Positions 63,705 through 64,000 of a DNA stretch of 64,000 bases are shown here, piece after piece. How positions within the stretch are numbered: position 1 is the first letter of the stretch; each line of letters begins with the position of its first letter. Under the pieces are notes generated by a model. It was given only the letters and a program-made list of their open reading frames with translations, did not search any database and had not been told where the DNA came from. This stretch comes from Obrimoposthia wandeli (lineage: Eukaryota), in contig CDROCS010006770.1 of NCBI GenBank assembly GCA_977020255.1, positions 1 to 64,000 on the forward strand, in the 5' to 3' direction. A program made the position numbers and the translations under genes.

Positions 63705-64000
63705 TCATGATTGATGCTCCCTGGAGCCTTTATTAGTGTTCATGGCCTGCATTTCATCCCAAAACAATTTAGCCAATTTACTGAGTGAGCGATGCTTCAT
63801 TTTTATTAAATGCATAGGCACTGTGTTGTATGAATTAAAGTTTTCTACGTGAATTTGGTACAACGATCCATCGGCTAGCTGAGAGGTGACGACATGTTTA
63901 GGAATGCGCGCCCAGCCCATTGCCGATATGAGTAATGACTTTTTCATTTGGTAATCATTGACATACCAAGGCTGACCGCCAGCAATTATATTCACATGAT
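63705..64000 (-). CDS. LysR-family regulator, C-terminal part (5' end outside the window)
   Basis: MKKSLLISAMGWARIPKHVV...L.DG.L and LSKLAKLFW match a LysR substrate-binding C-terminus. Confidence 0.75.
   Translation of the reverse strand, partial: HVNIIAGGQPWYVNDYQMKKSLLISAMGWARIPKHVVTSQLADGSLYQIHVENFNSYNTVPMHLIKMKHRSLSKLAKLFWDEMQAMNTNKGSREHQS

Overview
Chromosomal window from an AT-leaning marine-type gammaproteobacterium. The gene order comEC/exbBD/lpxK/ycaR/kdsB and coaBC-dut-algC-argB-slmA suggests Oceanospirillales or Pseudomonadales, which is an inference. It is mostly housekeeping: lipid A and Lol transport, metG, trmA, apbC, ETF-QO, folD and grxA. Accessory blocks include a hidden MerR-thiopurine methyltransferase divergon, a DecR-like regulator with two PLP C-S enzymes, a Fur-boxed ABC importer opposite an orphan bluB, a nine-gene Mrp-type antiporter operon with three antiporter-like subunits, a SoxR-type promoter driving an orphan SDR, a degenerate HD-GYP protein and two small exported proteins. 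The non-coding parts carry a ~160-bp palindromic MITE family (two full copies and one end fragment), an internally deleted RAYT transposase remnant, a DnaA-box/IHF cluster far from any dnaA gene, and a ~190-nt highly structured orphan element that may be an IS110-type bridge-RNA end or a new leader/sRNA. The first ~17 kb has patches of dense indels, even in essential genes (lpxK, lolC/E), so disrupted genes there may be consensus errors rather than true pseudogenes. I saw no CRISPR array, rRNA, tRNA, prophage or intact transposase.
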